Assembly (NCBI GenBank): GCA_950097015.1 | Contig: CATNEN010000001.1 | Coordinates: forward strand, 4,340,001-4,404,000 | Reading direction: 5' to 3' | Length of the DNA stretch: 64,000 bases | Source of the DNA: Macrostomum hystrix | Lineage: Eukaryota > Animalia > Platyhelminthes | In this document: in pieces, positions 62,201 to 64,000 of the stretch | Layout of the letters: each line of letters begins with the position of its first letter | Numbering within the stretch: the first letter of the stretch is position 1 | The notes under the pieces: model-generated | Told to the model about the DNA's origin: nothing | Seen by the model: only the letters and a program-made list of their open reading frames with translations | Database searches by the model: none | Made by a program: the position numbers and the translations under genes

Positions 62201-62909
62201 TATTGAGCTTGGCTTGACAAATCAATGCCATGCCAGTTCTTGCTCAGCCCCCGCCAAACCACCGGATACATGATGGCCCCGGGTGGTAAAAGAGGTCTTC
62301 TTTTCACTTGCTTTTTTATTTGAAAATTTATTCTCGAATTTGTCTTGTATAATGAATTGGTTTCGGCTTTTTTGAAGCTAAAGTAAAGTCCTCTCCTCCC
62401 ACATTGCCCCGCTCTGTCTCTGTCATGATGGCGTCTCGCGCTATCAGTCATGCCAATGCAAAGTCTTGATTTCTTGTCACATGCAGTCAGCTTATTCAAA
62501 CTGGGCTAGAGGTTCCTTCTAGCTCACTCCGAATGAGGGAATCCCTTTCGCATGGGATTTGGGATTTCTTCTAAGCATTATCCGGCGAAAAATCTATTGG
62601 ATAATATCGCTCTCCTGTTTGGTAATTCTTGGTAGACGAGTACTACCATTGTCAACTACTTGACTCGCGCTCTATTTTGTACCACTTCAACCACAGTACC
62701 ACTTCTATTTTGTACTTTTATTTTTACTTTGTACTTGTATTAGCCCATGCAATGCTGTCGAATGCTCGACACCCGCAGGCCACGCTGGACTTTGAGATCA
62801 ACTATTACTCGCCAGACTCTCTGATTGGCGACTGGAGACAGGAGGAGTTTGACTATCCGCAGCCGCCGTTGCGGCCGGGTGCCGGCGAAGATCAGGAAGA
62901 CAATGCCAG
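56282..62909 (+). CDS. OTOF: Otoferlin (type II ferlin), N-terminal C2A exons; gene continues beyond the window
   Basis: Exons 56282-56360, 61061-61205, 61290-61389, 62779-62909 with consistent phases. MALILNVRSLEGLDGKGERLLKANFR...FKWPVGRRIEITDVLEIRVYNFSKYLANKLIGSL...LIDAN...EINY..PDSLIGDW matches the OTOF C2A region. Confidence 0.9.
56810..57510 (+). repeat. 16-bp minisatellite (gtgtctcatctctccc), pyrimidine orientation
   Basis: Tandem, moderately diverged. Confidence 0.9.
57990..58868 (-). repeat. Same 16-bp minisatellite in inverted orientation (gggagagatgagacac)
   Basis: Unit is the exact reverse complement of the 56810-57510 unit. Confidence 0.95.
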
Positions 62910-62934
62910 GTGAGAGGATTGTCCAGTATGACAA

Positions 62935-63262
62935 TGCTTTCAGGAGGGCTGTGAGCAGTGGCACATAATTTGGTGACAGTAGAACCCAGCCAGCGAGAAG
63001 GTAATTCTGCTGATTCCGCTGACTCCTGAGCACATACCGTACACAGGTACATCTCATAACGCTACCGAGGGTTTGTACGACTGTTTATTGTTACGCTGTA
63101 ACTTTTTCATAGACTGATAGTGTACAATGTCATGTGGGCGTAAATTGTGCCACTTAGTCTTTTGTTCACGGCCAAATAAATGTGGCCTCGCCGCGGAATC
63201 GAGCTTAGGGACTTTGGAGCGGAGAGGCAAACACGTTAGACCGCTTTGCCACTCACCCCACT
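62935..63262 (-). mobile_element. SINE family A (diverged subfamily) in an otoferlin intron
   Basis: Reverse complement reads gagtggcaaagcggtctaacgtgtttgcctctcc...gctcgattccgcggcgaggccac...ctcaggagtcagcggaatc...ccctcctga. Confidence 0.8.
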
Positions 63263-64000
63263 CCGTTAATATTTAAACTTTTTCACTTTGATAATACAAT
63301 TATCGTCACTTATCGACTTCAAAAAGTAAAAAATAGAGTGAAACATTTTAAGTTACTCTGCATTCGTTTTCAAAGATCGTTTAACGACTCTGCAGCAACG
63401 TTAATCGTAAATCATTAAAATACTCTTAGATAGCCTCATATTTCACTAAAGTACTTTTATAGGGTTCAAAATTGCGTATGTATTGATAAAGGTAAGAAAA
63501 TTATAGCGATCTATACTTACTTTCGACAATAACTAAAAAATAACGATTTATAGTAATGTCCGTTTCATTTTTCCTATGTTTCTATCCTATGTAGTGTTTC
63601 TTTTGCGATTTGGTGACCACTTGCAACTAATTAGGTTTGTTATTGTTTTGCTGCCCTCATCTTAATGAGGACTTTGAGGGCATTGGATTTTGTGTCGGAT
63701 TTCATATGCCATGAACTAATTAACTTGAACTTGGACCAGTTATGACTTGAGATTAAATTACCGAGGAGCAAATACCAACGGTTCGAACAACACAAAGTAG
63801 TTTTCAAGTTTTTTTCTGTGTTGTTAAACTGACGATTTTAAGTACTCAGCAACTATAACGTACTGTATATAACTGTACATGTGTACTTGAAAAACTACGA
63901 GTAATACGAGCCGTAACGAAATATACTTAGCTCTTTACGCTAATAATTTAGAGATCAATATCCAAGTAAAATTGTGTAAGATGTGATATGCACTGCTCAA

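Noticed and set aside
1-64000. Minisatellite unit lengths clustering at helical multiples (20-21, 30-32, 40)
   Set aside because: Counter-examples (16, 24-25, 27, 35, 45) and a small sample

Overview
Eukaryotic (metazoan) genomic DNA with GT-AG spliced genes, introns packed with minisatellites and many transposable elements. The architecture fits a flatworm such as Macrostomum (inference only, not verified). Genes on the minus strand are a complete 6-exon ODR4 homolog followed about 1.9 kb later by the first coding exon of a ZDHHC12-like palmitoyltransferase. Genes on the plus strand are a 5-exon SLC2A/GLUT-type sugar transporter, 3-exon COPS3 (CSN3), a small His-rich putative secreted peptide gene behind a dense E-box cluster, and the first four coding exons (C2A domain) of otoferlin. 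Mobile elements include a young full-length LOA/R1-group non-LTR retrotransposon (ORF1 plus APE-RT-RNaseH-CCHC ORF2, 12-bp TSD, one frameshift), a decayed Merlin/IS1016-like transposon, hAT-, piggyBac- and CACTA-like MITEs, and several tRNA-derived SINE families. Main observations: (1) two different SINE families end in the same covarying three-way-junction RNA structure as the LINE 3' UTR, suggesting a LINE/SINE mobilisation system; (2) the LINE has a highly structured 5' UTR with 96-bp monomers bracketed by splice signals; (3) ODR4-ZDHHC12 looks like an operon in which a spliced-leader AUG could supply the start codon; (4) a TAGGCCTA hotspot resembles transposon excision footprints; (5) an inverted (foldback) minisatellite pair lies in otoferlin intron 1.
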